Assembly (NCBI RefSeq): GCF_009914755.1
Contig: NC_060932.1
Strand: one strand, 5' to 3'
DNA: 64,000 nt
DNA from: the human T2T-CHM13v2.0 reference genome, Homo sapiens
Below are positions 15,591 through 32,582 of this stretch, one piece after another. How positions within the stretch are numbered: position 1 is the first letter of the stretch; the number at the start of each line of letters is the position of its first letter. A program made the position numbers and the translations under genes. The notes below the pieces were generated by a model. It had not been told where the DNA came from and searched no databases. It saw only the letters and a program-made list of their open reading frames with translations.

Positions 15591-16309
15591 ATCCATGTTT
15601 TCCATTAGAGCCTTCAACATATTATGGATAACTAATTTAAATTTCCTGTTAGACAATTTCAACATGTGGGTCATCTACGAGTTTAGTTTTGTCAACTCTT
15701 TTCTCTCCAACAGTGGGTTGTCTTTTCTTGCTCTTTTGTATGTTCTTTAATGTTTTATTGGATAGTAGACAGTATGTATAGGATAGTAGAGTCTAAGAAA
15801 ATAATATTTATGCCTGAAATGGTACACTTCCTCTTTTGCTAGGTCATTAACATGCGGAATTGGATTAATCTGGTCAGAAATTAGCTGATTTTGTTGCTAC
15901 TGCTACCTGAAGTGCACTATCAACTGCATATTCATCTAGTGTTACTTTGTGCTTAGGGTGGGTCCTGAATTGTTGGGGAGTTTTTCTCCATATTTCTGTT
16001 CCTTTCTCGACTTTAGGCTTTTATTGAGAGCCAGCACCTCAGCACGTTTATTGAGAGCCAGCACCTCCCTTCACATTCTCACTGCTTCTTCAGTAGTGGC
16101 GTGTTGTTTGTTCCTCAGTGCCTTCTAGCCTAGTTATGGGGTCCAGAGCATGTTCTATCATCCTGATTTAACCTCAGTCTTAGGGAAGCCCTGTCCATGG
16201 GTCATTGGGTGAGTATTTCTCAGTGTTCATTTTCCTCTCCATTGGTAGGAGATCTTGAATGGTCTGGATTCAGGACAGTTTCCCACCTGTCCTCCAGGAG
16301 TAGAAGGCT

Positions 16310-16340
<31 letters not shown>

Positions 16341-17700
16341 CCTTTTCTTCAGCTGTAATACATTTTAATTTGGGTTCTGGGGGAAAAATTTACTATAGCT
16401 CCCTTGGCAGTTTAAAGCTTTTGTTCCTTGAGGGAAAGAGTTCGGTAGATTTTATAATTTTTTGCAAAACAGCAATTCTCCCCTTCTTCAGGCCCACTCC
16501 ACTGAGGGAGCCATCTTGAGTCTCCCTCTCTGTCTCCCACTGTGGTTGTTGGCGTCCATGGAGGCCCATGGAGATGAATCTGTGTGTGGGTCTGAGATCC
16601 CTGTGTCTGGATCTCCATAGGGCTCTGCATTCTCCTTCTCTCCCACACTTGGCCTGAAGCAGTTCATCAATGATATTTGGTCAGTTCTTTCTACCCATTA
16701 AAAAGGTGCTCAACATCTTTCTTTCTCATTATCTGCCACAAGGAAGGTGCTCTGGCACCATTTCTCCTTGAAGGAGACTGTCTTTTCTTAGGGTTCAGGC
16801 ACACTTGTTGGCCCTATGGCCTCAGTTCTGTGGTGGATACAGAAAAAAATATATGATTTTCTAGATTCTCTGGCTTGTCCTTTTTGTCAGGATAGAGGCA
16901 ACATTCTTTCTAACTTTGTACTTTGTAGGCAGAAGCAGAACTTCTCCCAACTGTTTCAATTTATGTCCGTGGAAATTGAAAATTTCCCCCATGCCTTTTT
17001 GTAAGAGGGAGGAAGGAACAGTGTGGAGTGCAATGATTACATCTCATAGTCACTTCTGTTTTCTGCCTTGCCTTGTATCTTGCAATTATGTCTTTTATCA
17101 CTTCCCTAGCATTGACACCAAGTCAAGACTCAAACTCTCTCCTTGGTTTCTCATCTTCAAGTAAGCATACATACAAAATTGTTGCATATTGCTGAACTTT
17201 TACTGAAGATTTGTAGTTTAGATTGGGAGGTTACATAGCACATTATAAAACAAACAATTTAAGCTAACAAAGTCTAAAAGCCCGTGTGCCTGGCCATTGT
17301 ATCCCTTCTTACTGGCCCTTTATCCTTCACAGAGCCCATACTCACGTTATTTCACTGGGTCCTTTCTTATTTTGACTTTTATTATGTCTTCACCCCTTTT
17401 AACTCAGAGATTCCATAGTTGTTTCCCTACTATAAAGAGCAGTTCAACTCTCCACAACATTCCAAATGTGTGTATCCAAAACTATCCAAGAATTTAGCAG
17501 ATAAAGCATGGCTTTTATTTTATATGTTCTTATGAGAAGAAAATATCATCAGAAGGACAAATAATATTTCCGTTTGCACTTGTGTGTAGTTTTGTAAACG
17601 TAAAGCCCATTTGTGAATAGAGAGGGTCTGAAAATCCCACGTTAAAATAATTATTGCTATGTAGTACTTGATTTCTAAAGTTTACTATACATTAAGATTA

Positions 17701-18047
17701 GGGTCAAGATCCTGGTGTGGTGACTCATGCTTGTAATCCCAACACTTTGGAAGGTCAAGGCAGGAGAATCACTGAGCCCAGGAGTTCAAGACTAGACTGG
17801 GCAACAAACTGAGACATCGTCCCAACAACAACAACAACAACAAAAAGAAATAAATAAATAAAATAGCAAGGCACAGTGGTGTGTGCCTGTAGTTCCAACT
17901 ACTCAGGAAGCTGAGGTGGGAGGATCCTTTGAGCGCAGGAGTTCAACTTTGCAATGAGCTATGATTGCACCACTGCACTCCAGGCTGGGTGACAGAATGA
18001 GACCCTGTCTCAAAAACAAACAAACAAACAAACAAACAAACAAACAA
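17701..18047 (+). mobile_element. Alu (J-type) with (CAA)n linker and (CAAA)n tail
   Basis: Alu consensus match. Confidence 0.9.
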
Positions 18048-18977
18048 TTCAGGGCCAAGAGGAATAAGGATGCATATCACAGGCTCCAGGGTAGATTTGA
18101 AGTCAGAGTTTGACTACATGTCTAACTTCGGGAGAGTTTAAAAGGCACCTAATTCCCATGATTATGAAATGACTTCTTTGGCCTCTACTGACACATGGAA
18201 TTGAGTATATTCATATCATGTAGGTTAAGAAAAGTAGAATATTAACAGAAGTTTATTGTTATAGGAATGATATAATTATTACACTTCTTATTGACTAGTT
18301 ACATTGCCTAGTAACATTGTATGAATGATCTTTCCATTTCTGTTCATTCAGTGTTGATAGTTTATCATTCACTTCCTTTCAACCTACTTGTACTGACTAT
18401 TGTAGAATATAAAACTGATACAACACATAGTCCTTTCTCTCAAAATTCCCATAATAACTGCATAAACTCTAACTTCTTTTGTCCTGGCATAAAAGTACCT
18501 ATCACCCAGGTGTTTACAGAGCAGGTAGAAATAGGTGTGAGGTTTATAGGCTACAACTATTTCTGCCTGCTTAGAGCAACCCCTAATGACATTTCTCAGA
18601 TTAAATAAAAAGGTAGTTACAAAATTCAAACATAAAGATCAAACACAGCAGTTAAGTTTTTGAAAACCAATACCAACTTTCTAACCTGCCACAGAATGAA
18701 CACTTGGCCTGAAGTATGAAGGTGCATAAGGAGCACTCACACCGCCTGCCACTGTTAGTAAATTTATGCTTTTAGGCCAGTTCTAAATTCAGAACTTTAA
18801 TACATTCTTCCAGCACATCCTGAGACAGTGCCTGTAAGACTTATGACAGTTCGAGGAGGCAGATCTTTCTGATCAAATTTCACCATTGCCCAGAAAATTC
18901 ACCAGGTATTCTGGGCAATGCATTCTGTCCCATTTTGATATATCTGTTTGCAACATGAGGCTTGCACTGTTTACTAA

Positions 18978-19355
<378 letters not shown>

Positions 19356-19424
19356 TGACTTTTGGGTAGCACACAGGGACAAAATGTTATTTGTAGCTAC
19401 ACAGAAAATTTCCAAGCAAGGAAC

Positions 19425-19716
19425 CGTAGCATATATCTTTAATCCCAACATTTTAGGAGACCAAAGTAGAAGGATTGTTTTAGCCTAGGAGTTCAAGACC
19501 AGCCCCAGGCAACATAGCAAGACCCCATCTGTACAAAAAATTTAAAAATTAGCTGAGCATGGGGGCAAGCACCCATGGTCCCAGCTACTTGGGAAGCTGA
19601 GGCTGGAGGATCTCTTGAATCCAGGAGGTTAAGGATAACATGAGCTGTGGTTGTGCCACTGCACTCCAGCCTGAGTGACAGAATGAGACCCTGTCTCAAT
19701 AAATAAATAAATAGAA
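19425..19716 (+). mobile_element. Alu (J-type, diverged)
   Basis: Alu consensus match with (TAAA)n tail. Confidence 0.88.
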
Positions 19717-21751
19717 AGTTTTCAAGTGGACTATTTAATAATCTTTCTTTCTAATATTAATACTAGAAAAGAAAAAATCTGATATATTCATATTCCTTGG
19801 TAGACTTAAAAATGCCATTAGGTAAGCAAAGTGCTTTTAGAATCCATGTTACATTTTTTATCAGCATCCAGTGCTAACTCCTCTCGCCCTCCCATGTTGT
19901 ACCGTTCCAATATTCTTCCAAAATCTGCCTTTCTGGGAAAGCACCTCACTCTCTGAACATTTCCCCTCATCAAAATCTGCCTACCTGGTGGCCAGCCCTT
20001 CAATACCATCTTCTCTACTATACAATTGAACAAACAACTAATCTGATAAGTGAAACCTGTCAGAGCTTTAATATTCCTAAGTAAAAGCGTGACTTTGTCT
20101 AGACCACTCAATCTTTAATTTCTTTAAAAAGGGGACCATTTTTATCATTTTTGTTATTCAAGATACCTAGCGCAGTACTTAGCCCAGAGGAAAAGGATAA
20201 GTAATTATGGAACTGAATGTAATACAACCTAATATTTAGCACAGTCCTGTTATCCTAAAGAATGCTAAATTGTGGAAGAAGTCCTTTGGAGCGATGCCAT
20301 CTTTTAGAATCTCTTCTGAAGCCCTTAAAGCTACTGTATTAAAATAGTGCTCACTCTTCCTACTTTATATACCCATAATATCGGTATTTCTCCTAAGGTC
20401 TGCAAACCCAGCGTGCTAATCTTCTATTATTATTTAGACGTTGACTTTCAGTCCGAACTCAAAAACCTGAAGCTTCCAATACCTGTAGTCAGAAGTCAGA
20501 TTCAGTCCTTTGGCAGATTAATGAGAGTGCATCAGACCTCCAAAGTAACATAATTCCTGTTTTCTATATCTGGGATGGCCCATAGCATATATCGCCAGAG
20601 GCATAGTTGTGCCTGGCTTGTACTTGAATATTCATGCATTAGCATGCCCCAAAATCATGGGGAATGGAGCGTGGTAAAACATCGCCATAAACTTCAGAGT
20701 GGGCAAGATTAACTCCTTTGCCCTCTCTTTATACATGTATTTTTTAATACTTAATAAATAAAACCAAAAGTATTTGAATGGGTGTAAGTAGAAAACTTTT
20801 AACTACTTTAGAACACCTCCTATTCTAACCAGTAGCTTCTCATATCAATAGGATGTCTGCAAGTGAGGAGATGGGGTGAAATGCTACTAAATAGCCAATT
20901 GAGCATCATATTTGGGACTTCTTATGTGTTAAGTTTCTTGGGTACCTGCCCTTCTGTATTCACTTAGATGTAGAAGTGGCAAGACAGTATATATGGCATT
21001 ATCATGTGTTACTTGATTTCATGCAACCATGAGAGGACACTCAAGATTATTCTTGTCCTGGCGCTTCCCCTCCATACATGTGGTTTTCTCAATACCCCCA
21101 GAGTTTAAAAAGACCAGAATTCTGTCTCTCCAAGAAGCATAGTCAAATACTGATGCCTAATATGTAGGAAGAGAAACATTTCAATAATAAAGAGAAAAAT
21201 GGAGTGTATCTTAATCAAAAAAGGTAAAGACTGAAAGAGGTCATCTAATCTGACCACCTATCTTGTCTTTGAGTTCTATTACATTCCAGGTATGACCCTT
21301 TAGCCCCTAATGGCTCTTTTTAAAGTGGTTCAACTCTAAATAATATTCCTGAAATCAAATCAAATTTGGATTCCTATAATATAAATATCTACATTTGTCT
21401 TTTCAAGTAATCCAAGGAACAGTTCTCATTTTATCTGACAACTCATTTAAGTGTTTTATTATAGCTATCAAATCCTACCTGAGTTTCTATGGTTGATTAA
21501 AAGTCTTAACATTTTTCAATTGTAGCTAATCAATCATGGTGTTAAGTCCATTCATTGTGTTACTTTGTTTTTCCTTCTAAACACTTTTACATTTTACATT
21601 TCATTAATTTCTGGTCTTGTAAGTGGTTTTATCCAAAGCTGAGGGCAGAGTAGACTAAAGTAAAATGGGATTTCAATTGTATTTTTTGATTTGTATTTTT
21701 TTGTTTTTTGTTTTATACCTTTCTACAATTTCAGTGTAAGATTGCACTGGC

Positions 21752-22013
21752 TTTTTTTTTTTTTTTTTTTTAATTGAGGTGGAGCCTCGCTCTGTGTCCT
21801 GGAGAGCAGTAGCATGATCTCAGTTCACTGCAACCTCCGCCTCTCGGGTTCAGGTGATTCTCCTACCTCAGCCTCCCAAGTACCTGGGACTACAGGTGTG
21901 CACCACCATGCCCAGCTAATTTTTGTATTTTCAGTAGAGATGGGGTTTCACCACAATGGCCAGGATGGTCTCGATCTCTTGACCTCGTGATCCACCTGCC
22001 TCGGCCTCCCAAG
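21752..22013 (-). mobile_element. 5'-truncated Alu
   Basis: Poly(T) then reverse Alu; TSD TGCACTGGCTTTTT at 21743 and 22014. Confidence 0.92.
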
Positions 22014-22197
22014 TGCACTGGCTTTTTCAATGCCTCTAATATCCCACAGGTTAAAGATGAGCTCAATATCAACTAAGGTCAGCCTCAATTCCAAAACTCC
22101 AGAAATAAGAAGGCATTTTCACATGCAAAAGCATTGGCATTGCTGGGGTTCACTGCAATTTGATCTTTGTGTTAATTAAACTACTAACTCAGATTGA

Positions 22198-22344
<147 letters not shown>

Positions 22345-23471
22345 TGAATAAAATTGTTGTAATGTCCTGGGTTCCATGGAAAGAGACTATGTATGCATTT
22401 TGTCATATATACTCACTAAGATATGTCATGAACAGACTGTTATGCTTCCTTTATTAAATGAATAAAAATGTTTTATTGAAAAATTATAGATAAATATTGA
22501 AGGTAAACCCATTTTGTTTAGAGTTTAAACGGATAGTATACCACAGATCAGCATGCAATGATTAGTAAAGCTCTTTTGCATATGAAATATAGCTACTTAT
22601 AAGGACAAATAATGCACATAAAGGTTGATGGCTCATTTAATAAGTGAGGATAATTGTTCTAGTGCTGATAATAAGGCACATAAACCACTTCCTATATCAT
22701 ATCAAGACAACCTTTCAATTCATTTTTAGAAAGCATAAGACCTAAAAACTGTTGACTCCCTTTTTTTTATGTGATCCTTTCCAAAGTCTCTAAGCTTCTA
22801 GTTAATGTTGTCCAAGTAACCCCATCTGAGAGATGCTTGAAAACACGAAGGTTTCTATTTATTTTCTTTATGTCGCGCCTAATTGTTGCTGTGCCTTGGC
22901 TGGTATTAAGATAAAAAATTTCAAAGCTAGTACTTATTTAAATGACCACATGACTTACTTATTATATAGTTATTTTGTGTGTATAGCTTTTCCTATGGTA
23001 TTTCAGTAACATAAGTTTTGGATCATAGAGTCAATTTCATCTGATATATGCTGTTAGATTATTGCTACTCATACTATGATACACGCTACTTAGATTATGC
23101 TATTATAATCACTCCAGGACACATTTTAAACTTTATATGAGTAAGATGAGATGACCAAATTAGGTATGTTTTATTAGCTTTATAGTAATCTGATAGCCCA
23201 CCTCTTTTTGGAAATTAATTCTGTATTAACATAGAAATTAAAGCATATAATGGAACTATGAGCCAAGTTAACCAATTCTTGCATGGATTTGATATATCTG
23301 ACATTTAAGTTTTTCCCATAATAGAAACTTCGTCTTTAAGATTGTATAGCATTGTTGTGCAATGTGAGACTATAAGCTGAAAACAAGAACCTCATATTTT
23401 TATTTGTATAGAATTTGGATATCTAGTACAAAGAGGACAATCAATATTACTTATTATATTGTGTAGGATAT

Positions 23472-23830
23472 TTATCTTAGCTCATTCTAGCTGCTGTAAC
23501 AAAATATCACAAATGAATGGGTAAGAAACAATAGAAAGTTATTTCTCGGAGGCTAGGAAATCCAAGATTAAGTCCTTAGCAGATTTGGTGTCTGGTGAAG
23601 CCCTGTCTGGCTCACAGTTGACACCTTCTTGCTGTGTCCTGACCCGGTAGAAGGGGCATGGATCTCATTCAAACCTCTTTTATAAGGGCATTAATCCCAC
23701 TTATGAGGGCTCTGCCCCCATGACTTACTCACCTTCCAAAGACTTCACCTCCTAGTGTCATCACCTTGAAGTTAGTTTTATACCTTCGACATATGAATTT
23801 TGAAGAGGTAAAAATCATAATAACATTAGT
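23472..23830 (-). mobile_element. MLT1A-type MaLR solo LTR
   Basis: tcttagctcattctagctgctgtaacaaaatatcac..., cattaatcccacttatgagggctctgcc. Confidence 0.75.
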
Positions 23831-24103
23831 TCATAGTTTTTAACTATTTATAAGAATGAGCTTCTATAAATTGAACAATGACTATCACCATGCCACAAAG
23901 AAAGAATTTCAAATGTTAGAGCTAGAGATACTTAAAAAGTCACTTTCTTGGGTTTCTTATACAATTAAGGAAACTGAGGTACAGAGGAGAGAAGTAACTG
24001 AGTCCATGCCTTTTTAAATAGATACCAGTTAACTAGGAGCTAGAAGCCAGGTCTTTCAACCACTAGTTTGAAGCACTATGTACTACAGTATGCTAACTTT
24101 TGA

Positions 24104-24615
<512 letters not shown>

Positions 24616-26076
24616 ATATGTTTCAAAAGTGGATTTTGAGTCAAAATCCATTATTGTAGGATATGTTGTAAAGCTATGGAATTTCCTAAAAAGTCTATTC
24701 CATAACTAGGCATGGCAGTTTTCTTTCTGGGGCTAAATCTTGCCAACTGGTAGTGTCTCTCTCTAGTGATACCGTGAGAGAAATCCCAAAACTTTCTGGG
24801 TACACTGCAAAAGTACACCATGAACAATTAGTACCAATTGCTACCAAGGCAATTAGGGGACAAATAGACTCTACATGCCTTGTTTTGTCATCTTTTCTAT
24901 AAGCTATAATGTCTTCCTTCACATCTTTACTCAAATGTTATTCCCACCGATGTTTTCCCTGGCCACCTGATCTAGATCATACATACATCCTGGCATTTCA
25001 ACTCCCACTCCATTTGTTTTTTGTCTTCTCTTTAGTACTTATTACTATCTAGCATATTCTCTGTTTCATGCATTCAGCTTATTTATAACTGTACTCTTCT
25101 GCTGGAATATAAGCTAGTCCCACAAGGTCAGAGGGTTTTGTCTTTTGGGGTCACTGTTATAACACCACTGTACTAGAAAAGTCCCAAACACATATTAAAC
25201 ACTCCATAAACAGTTACAGAATAAATGAATATCCAGCCTTCCCCATTGTACTGTGAATTACCAAGCAGTCAGGTCCTAAGTTTTGCACATCTTTGAATCC
25301 CTTCGGAGCAGGTATACATAAAGCATTGTATATAGTAAGAAAAGTTTCGTGGTGATCAATGCTTCCACACATTGATTAAATGGAGTAAAGTGGCTAACAC
25401 AACTAAATGTGATGGCTGGCACAGAATAAGAACACAGTAATTAATATTTAGTTTTACATTATTATTTACATAATTAGTAGTATTTTACAGAGTCCTAGTA
25501 TCTCAGTCTAATGTGATCAAGACTCTAAAGACCTACTGTATTGAATTATTATGTCAATAATAATGTTAAGGAAGTCAAAAGAAAAGGAAGATGGAAGGGA
25601 GATAAATTTCAGGTTAAGAAGTATATTACATTCCTATGGATGTGTATATTATTAAATAAACTGTTTGTCTTAATAAATTTATAGAGAACCACTTTGTGCC
25701 AGGTACTGTGTTAACTAATGTTTATTTTTTTAAAATCACACATGATACAATTATTGCTTTGAGATGCTTGTAATCTAGTAGGGATGATAAACAAATACAT
25801 AGGTTATTTCAAGAGGACCAAATTAAAGAGGATGTGGAAGCAGTAAACACAGACAACCAGTCTGTAAGGTGGGCTTCAGGAAGGATTTGCTGGAGGATCT
25901 ATAACCAAGATATTTTCACTAACATAGCATGTGTTTGCTGTGTTTTGAAAAGATATTTTCTATAATAAAGGACCCAGTTACTTCCCTGCTCTAACAGTAA
26001 ACATTTACATTTGTTCTTTTCAAATGCTTCATAAAATGCTCACAGCCACTGTACCACTATGCATTGATATGATTAA

Positions 26077-26319
<243 letters not shown>

Positions 26320-26859
26320 TGATCAGGTAGAACCTAGGCAGGGATGTGGCCATTAATCAAACCAACCGTGGTGTTCCTTGTAAAACTTTTAAAAATTTTG
26401 CTTTCCATTTTTATTTTGATTTTATAAAACAAATTATTGGTGCAGCCTCATTCCAGGGCTTCTTATCAAGTCATGAAACATGTGTAATGACCTTGCTGGA
26501 GATCAGCAGCATCAGCTTTCCTTGTTAATATATAATTGGTTCTGCTTGTGACAAGGGCCCATAAGTGTCCTTAAGTCTGATGTCTCATGCAGAGTCAGAA
26601 TCTGCTCTACAAAATCTCTTACTCAATCAAGTTTTATTTATTAACTTATGAGGCTAGCCTGTATCACAGCTGGACAGTTCCTGTTAATAGAAAACTCTTT
26701 CTTAATAGAGCAGAAACCTTCAAATGTTTCATGTATTTATTGTAGTTGTGGTCTCTGGAACATTTAGGAAAAGCCCTTGAGGCAATTTTTAAAGTAATTC
26801 TTAATATGCTTTTCCCTATCATAGAAGCTATTTCTTTCAAGAGCTTATCACATAGATAT

Positions 26860-27042
26860 GTCTTCTAGACAACTGCCTCTGAAATTAATAAGTGCAGATG
26901 AATCACCAGGGGACATTGTTAAAATGTGAACTCAGATTCAGTAAGTATGGAGTGGTTCTGAGATTCTGTACACCTACCTAGCTTCAAGGTTACACTGATG
27001 TTGCTGGCCCGAGGACCACAATTTTAGTATCTACAGTCTAGA
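26860..27042. mobile_element. MER5A-type hAT fragment
   Basis: gaatcaccaggggacattgttaaaatg...gattcagtaagt...gctggcccgaggaccaca. Confidence 0.65.
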
Positions 27043-27679
27043 TAATGCACAATACCAGGAGGTCTAGTAGGACAGCAGTTAGAGACTCCATAATCAGACT
27101 GGGGACAGTAACCTGTCCAAAGGTTATAAGAATGTCTTCAAATGTCTCAGGTTAAACGCAAAGAGGCTCTTAATTTTGGAAAATGATCCTCCTGTCCATA
27201 TGCATTCTTTGGAATGGTTCCATAGATTCATTCTAACACATGAGGTACCTTATCCGGCCACACTCCATTTTCTTTGAGTTTTTATTTTGTTTGAGAAAAT
27301 AGGGCATAAGTTACCATTTTGATGTTATTTAATGATACATTAAAAAATAAAAGTCAGCCTGAAATAATGGACAGCTTGAGCAAAAGGTAAAATCAGATCT
27401 TCAGCAGTTGAATAGTCTCACATCACACTTCAGTACAGGGAAGCAGTATGACCCTTCAAGGAAATGGAGATAATTAGGATAACTGAAGATTATAAATGTT
27501 GGACTCTCTAATTCTGTCAATGAGAATCCATTACCCGTAATGTACCAAACAGCACGAGAGAAGGAGAAATAGTTAAAGTCCCAAATACCCGTTCTAAACA
27601 GTAATCTTTATGTATGTACCACAGCCAACAATCATGCATCACTATTTAACTCTAACAGAATCCACAGAAGCACAGCTAA

Positions 27680-27928
<249 letters not shown>

Positions 27929-28810
27929 TGACTCCAAAATGAAGCTAGGCTTGCAAGTACCCAACAGAGATTCTTGTGAGATGCTCCAACATCTGAGCAT
28001 TGGGCTGTGCTATGGCCTGGGGTAGTGGAGAAACATCAAGTAGCAATTGGAGGTTTAGGAGGGAAGTCACATGACCAGCTCTATTCTTGCTCCTTTGTAA
28101 ATAATCACCAATCTGTTTAACCTCATCTAGGAGGATAGTTGAAATCCCAAGGGAGAGCTAAAAGGGAAAGGGGTTATATTAGCATTGGAAAGTGGCAGTG
28201 GCTAGTAAGTGGAGAAACGTTCCCGAGGAAGACAACCAGAAACCCCAATGGCTCTGTCCAAGAGTTTACTGACACTTCTTTCACTCAACTTTATTGTGAA
28301 TTCACAAAGAAAACAAACATATCTTATGCATCTTCAAATTCATCCAGAACCCAGCGTAATTAAATTCTTATTGAATGGCTGAATGAGAGAATATCTCTAT
28401 GCAGTTCCCTCTAGCAGTGAAAGCAAGGGTATTTTTCTCCAGTTCATATGCAGGAATCTGATTTATTGGGACTGGAGATTTCCTCATTATAAGCAGGGGT
28501 TCCCAATTCGAGGTGGGTAGGGGGTAGGCAGGGTATGTACTGGATCCCTTGGGACAAAGAAAAGACAAGATAAATGAGAACACCTGCCCGTTTCTTCATT
28601 TGATGTACATCCCAACTCTCCCTAAGGCTGCTGTAATACCAAACTTCAAAAACATCATTTTGTCATTCTTAAAATTACATGAGTGCCAACACATTGACAA
28701 ATGACAATGATTCTTGATGGAATGGAGAAGGAAGCTATGATCCATCCTTAAAACCTTTTTTGGATGAATGGGTCAACTTTCTGTCTACTTACGAAACCTT
28801 ACCTACCTAA

Positions 28811-29053
<243 letters not shown>

Positions 29054-29389
29054 TAATCACAGTGAAGTATTCACACAGATGGTGGCCTCTATTTCTCTGT
29101 TATTGCCCTGTAGGAATTGGGTCAAGATCAGATATAATGTCATTTGTGGCATTATTCCAAGATATTGCTTAGCATTTCTCTGGATATTACCTGTCATATT
29201 AGTTGATCTTACGTCTAATATTAACTATCTCAGTATATGAGCTATGTATATTTGTTACTGTTTTATATCTCCAGCCTAAAATATTCTCCTGAGGCAATAG
29301 GATAGTTTTTAAATAATTTATTCCATTCTACTTCACTATGACATGATTCTGAAAGTTTAATTACATTAGAAAAATAAGGTCTTTTATGA

Positions 29390-29545
<156 letters not shown>

Positions 29546-29969
29546 TAAGTGCCCTGTGGAAAAAAAGTAATTTGCCTTCTTACAGCACTTTGTCAAAATC
29601 AGAATGGCTCCTGTCCCCAGACCTGTTAATCTCTTTTTACTGAGACCGGGAGAAGAGGGAAATAAGAAGGAAATCTTGGTGTCCTGATTAAAATTATGCT
29701 AATTCAAATTACTAATAAAAAAATATTCCCCTGTAAACTTAAGCCAGTATTGACTTGTGAGGTTCACAGGGAAATCCAAAGGAAATATGATCATTTTACA
29801 TTTTTTACGGACTCATCTCAGTTCCCAGGGCCAAGACTTTGCTCAGTGGTTTTCTCTGCCCATTACAGCCTCCTTAACTTGGCAAGAAACCTGGATCTAG
29901 AAAAAGAGTGACCGGGAGGCTCCATTGCCAGCCTAGTCTCAAAAGTTGTATTTCTAGTTCCAAGTTTGA

Positions 29970-30224
<255 letters not shown>

Positions 30225-31759
30225 TAAAAACATTACTGGATACTGTAATTGCTTCCAAAGAGGTCTAGATATGGAAAAGGAAAAAATATTGACAAGTATT
30301 TTTTTAATGAGGAGCAGAGTAGCAATAACACTGTAATAAACATCCATTTTGCCTAATTTTAGTCATGCCAAATGACCCATAATTGTTACAGATGTGCTTA
30401 ATTAGTAAAACTTACAGCAGATATCTAATTAGACATGGATTATAGACATGGATTTTTCTAATTAATGTGAGTATAAAGTAGCCTTACATCTTCATTTATT
30501 TTATTCATTCACTCATATTTACTAGCCATATACTATGGTGCCACTGACTGTACACTAAAGGTAAGCATACATGAGAATTTCATACAGTAAAAATTACATG
30601 ATTACAGTTCAAAAAATTGCTTTCTTAGTGGTGTGACCAATGTACATTGATGTCTAAAGGAAAAGTGGCTGACTTTGCTCAGAGAAGATGAAATGGCATC
30701 TTAAATGAGTAACATTTCAGCTTTGACTTGAACATTTTAACACACAGGAAATGGGAGAAGACATTTTAGCAAAAAATGCCTGCACAATATGTAAAGGTAC
30801 AAAGTGTATGGCATAATTCAGATGACCAGCAATTTCAGAGTGGCTTGACCTTTGGGTTAAATGGCAAAAGATGAAATTGAAGAGAAGACAGAATGGGTCC
30901 AAATTGGAAAGAGTTTTTTATGGCAAGATGACAACATTAGAATGCATACTCTAAACAATAGCTGGCTCATAAAGAATATATGGAAAACACATGATATTTT
31001 ACCCCTAAAATCAGCTATTTGAAACTGAATAGGTTCTCTATGTGATATGTCTTCCCTTCTCTCTCTACACTATCACCAAAAATATTACAGTGACATTTGT
31101 ACAGTGTGATAGAGAAATACATTGGAAAACCAAAGTTCAGAATGTAAAAAAAAGAACTAGAACTAAATATTTAATAGCGACTTACATTTTGAGTCTATAT
31201 ATTTAACTATCCTACTTCCTGTTAAAATCATTAAATGAATATCAACATGCTAAGAAAGCTATGTTTGTGAAAATTAAGGTATGTATGCTAACCACAAGCT
31301 AAAAAATTCAAAGGTATTCAACAAGACTAAGTGTGAAGCCTGAGGTTGAAGAAAATACCAAAAGATTTGCTATTCACCTCAGATACGAAAAACCAGCCTG
31401 AGATACAAAGTGCTTCCTTCTTTAAGAGTGGCAAGGACTGAAGAAAGGGGCTGTTAGAAAGGCAGTTGTGAAGGAATCCATCTCCATCTCCCAAGTACAC
31501 TGTGACCACGTACTCCGCATAGAGAGCTTATTCCTTCAAGAGAAGGCTTAGGGCAGAAGTACATCCATCACAGTGGTGCCAGTTCTTCAGCCAAATTCTA
31601 ATGAGGAAATTCATGCATAGTTAATGCCAGTCTATGTAGGTATCACAATGATGTGAGTGAAAAAAAATCTTCTTTTTGGCATTGATATGCTATTTTTAGA
31701 CTATGAGCTATGTGGGACCTTATTCAAATCTGTTGTTTTAGCAGGGCTTCTCTAAAACC

Positions 31760-32542
31760 AAAGGACAAGAAAAGGAGTAGGCTAACGAGATGGAAAACAT
31801 TTTGGTAATAATTGCCCCACTCCAACCAAACAGCAGGGAAAAATTCTATGGTCTGACTCCTCCTGCATCAGCAAGGATCAAGTGGGAAGCCTAGACTTCC
31901 ATTTTCTTCCAGCTCTAACAGATGCCCTGGCTCCAGACAGGGTTTCAGTGGAGGCTTATGGGGAGTCAGGACATTCACCACAGCTCAGTGGTGATGAATT
32001 CTTCCAACCCCAGTGTCATGAAAGTATGTGAGGAGGCTGGGTTTCCACCCCAGCTGGCGTGAGTGAAGCAGTGATTCTCTTCCATAACAGGAATGGTTTT
32101 AGAGAAGATCTGCTAAAACAACAGATTTGAATAAGATCCTATAGCTCATAGTCCCCAGAGTATCCAGAATACAAATGAGCCACTCTTCAAACAAAGAACC
32201 AGGGAAATCTCAATTGAAATGACAAAAGACAATCTCTAGATGCAACAACAAGGTGACACATATGTTGAATTACCTGACAAGGAATTTAAAGCAGCCTTTA
32301 CAAAAATGCTTCAGTGAACAATTATGCACACGCTTGAAATAAATGAAAAAAATAGAAGGTCTCAGCAAAATAACAAACTTCCAGAAAAGACGTATAAAAT
32401 ATAAGAGCCAAATGGAAATTTTAGAACGGAAAAATTACAATACTGGAATAAAAATATTCAGTGAATGAGTTCAACAGAAGAATGGAGGGAACAGAAGAAA
32501 GAATCAATGAATGTAAAGAAAAAAATAAAAATTATTCAATCT
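31760..32542 (+). mobile_element. Old L1 5'/ORF1 fragment
   Basis: ORF1-like coiled-coil remnant (aaatggaaattttagaac..., gaagaaagaatcaatgaa). Confidence 0.65.
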
Positions 32543-32582
32543 CAGTTGCCATTTCAAGTAAAGGTGAATGTAAGGTGAAACA

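Larger units (their letters stand above)
14020..16935 (-). mobile_element. Old L1 fragments on the minus strand
   Basis: T-rich reverse L1-like sequence; the ORF at 13940-14131 resembles the ORF2 C-terminus (FTIAKNYKQIKCPSTGE). Confidence 0.55.
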
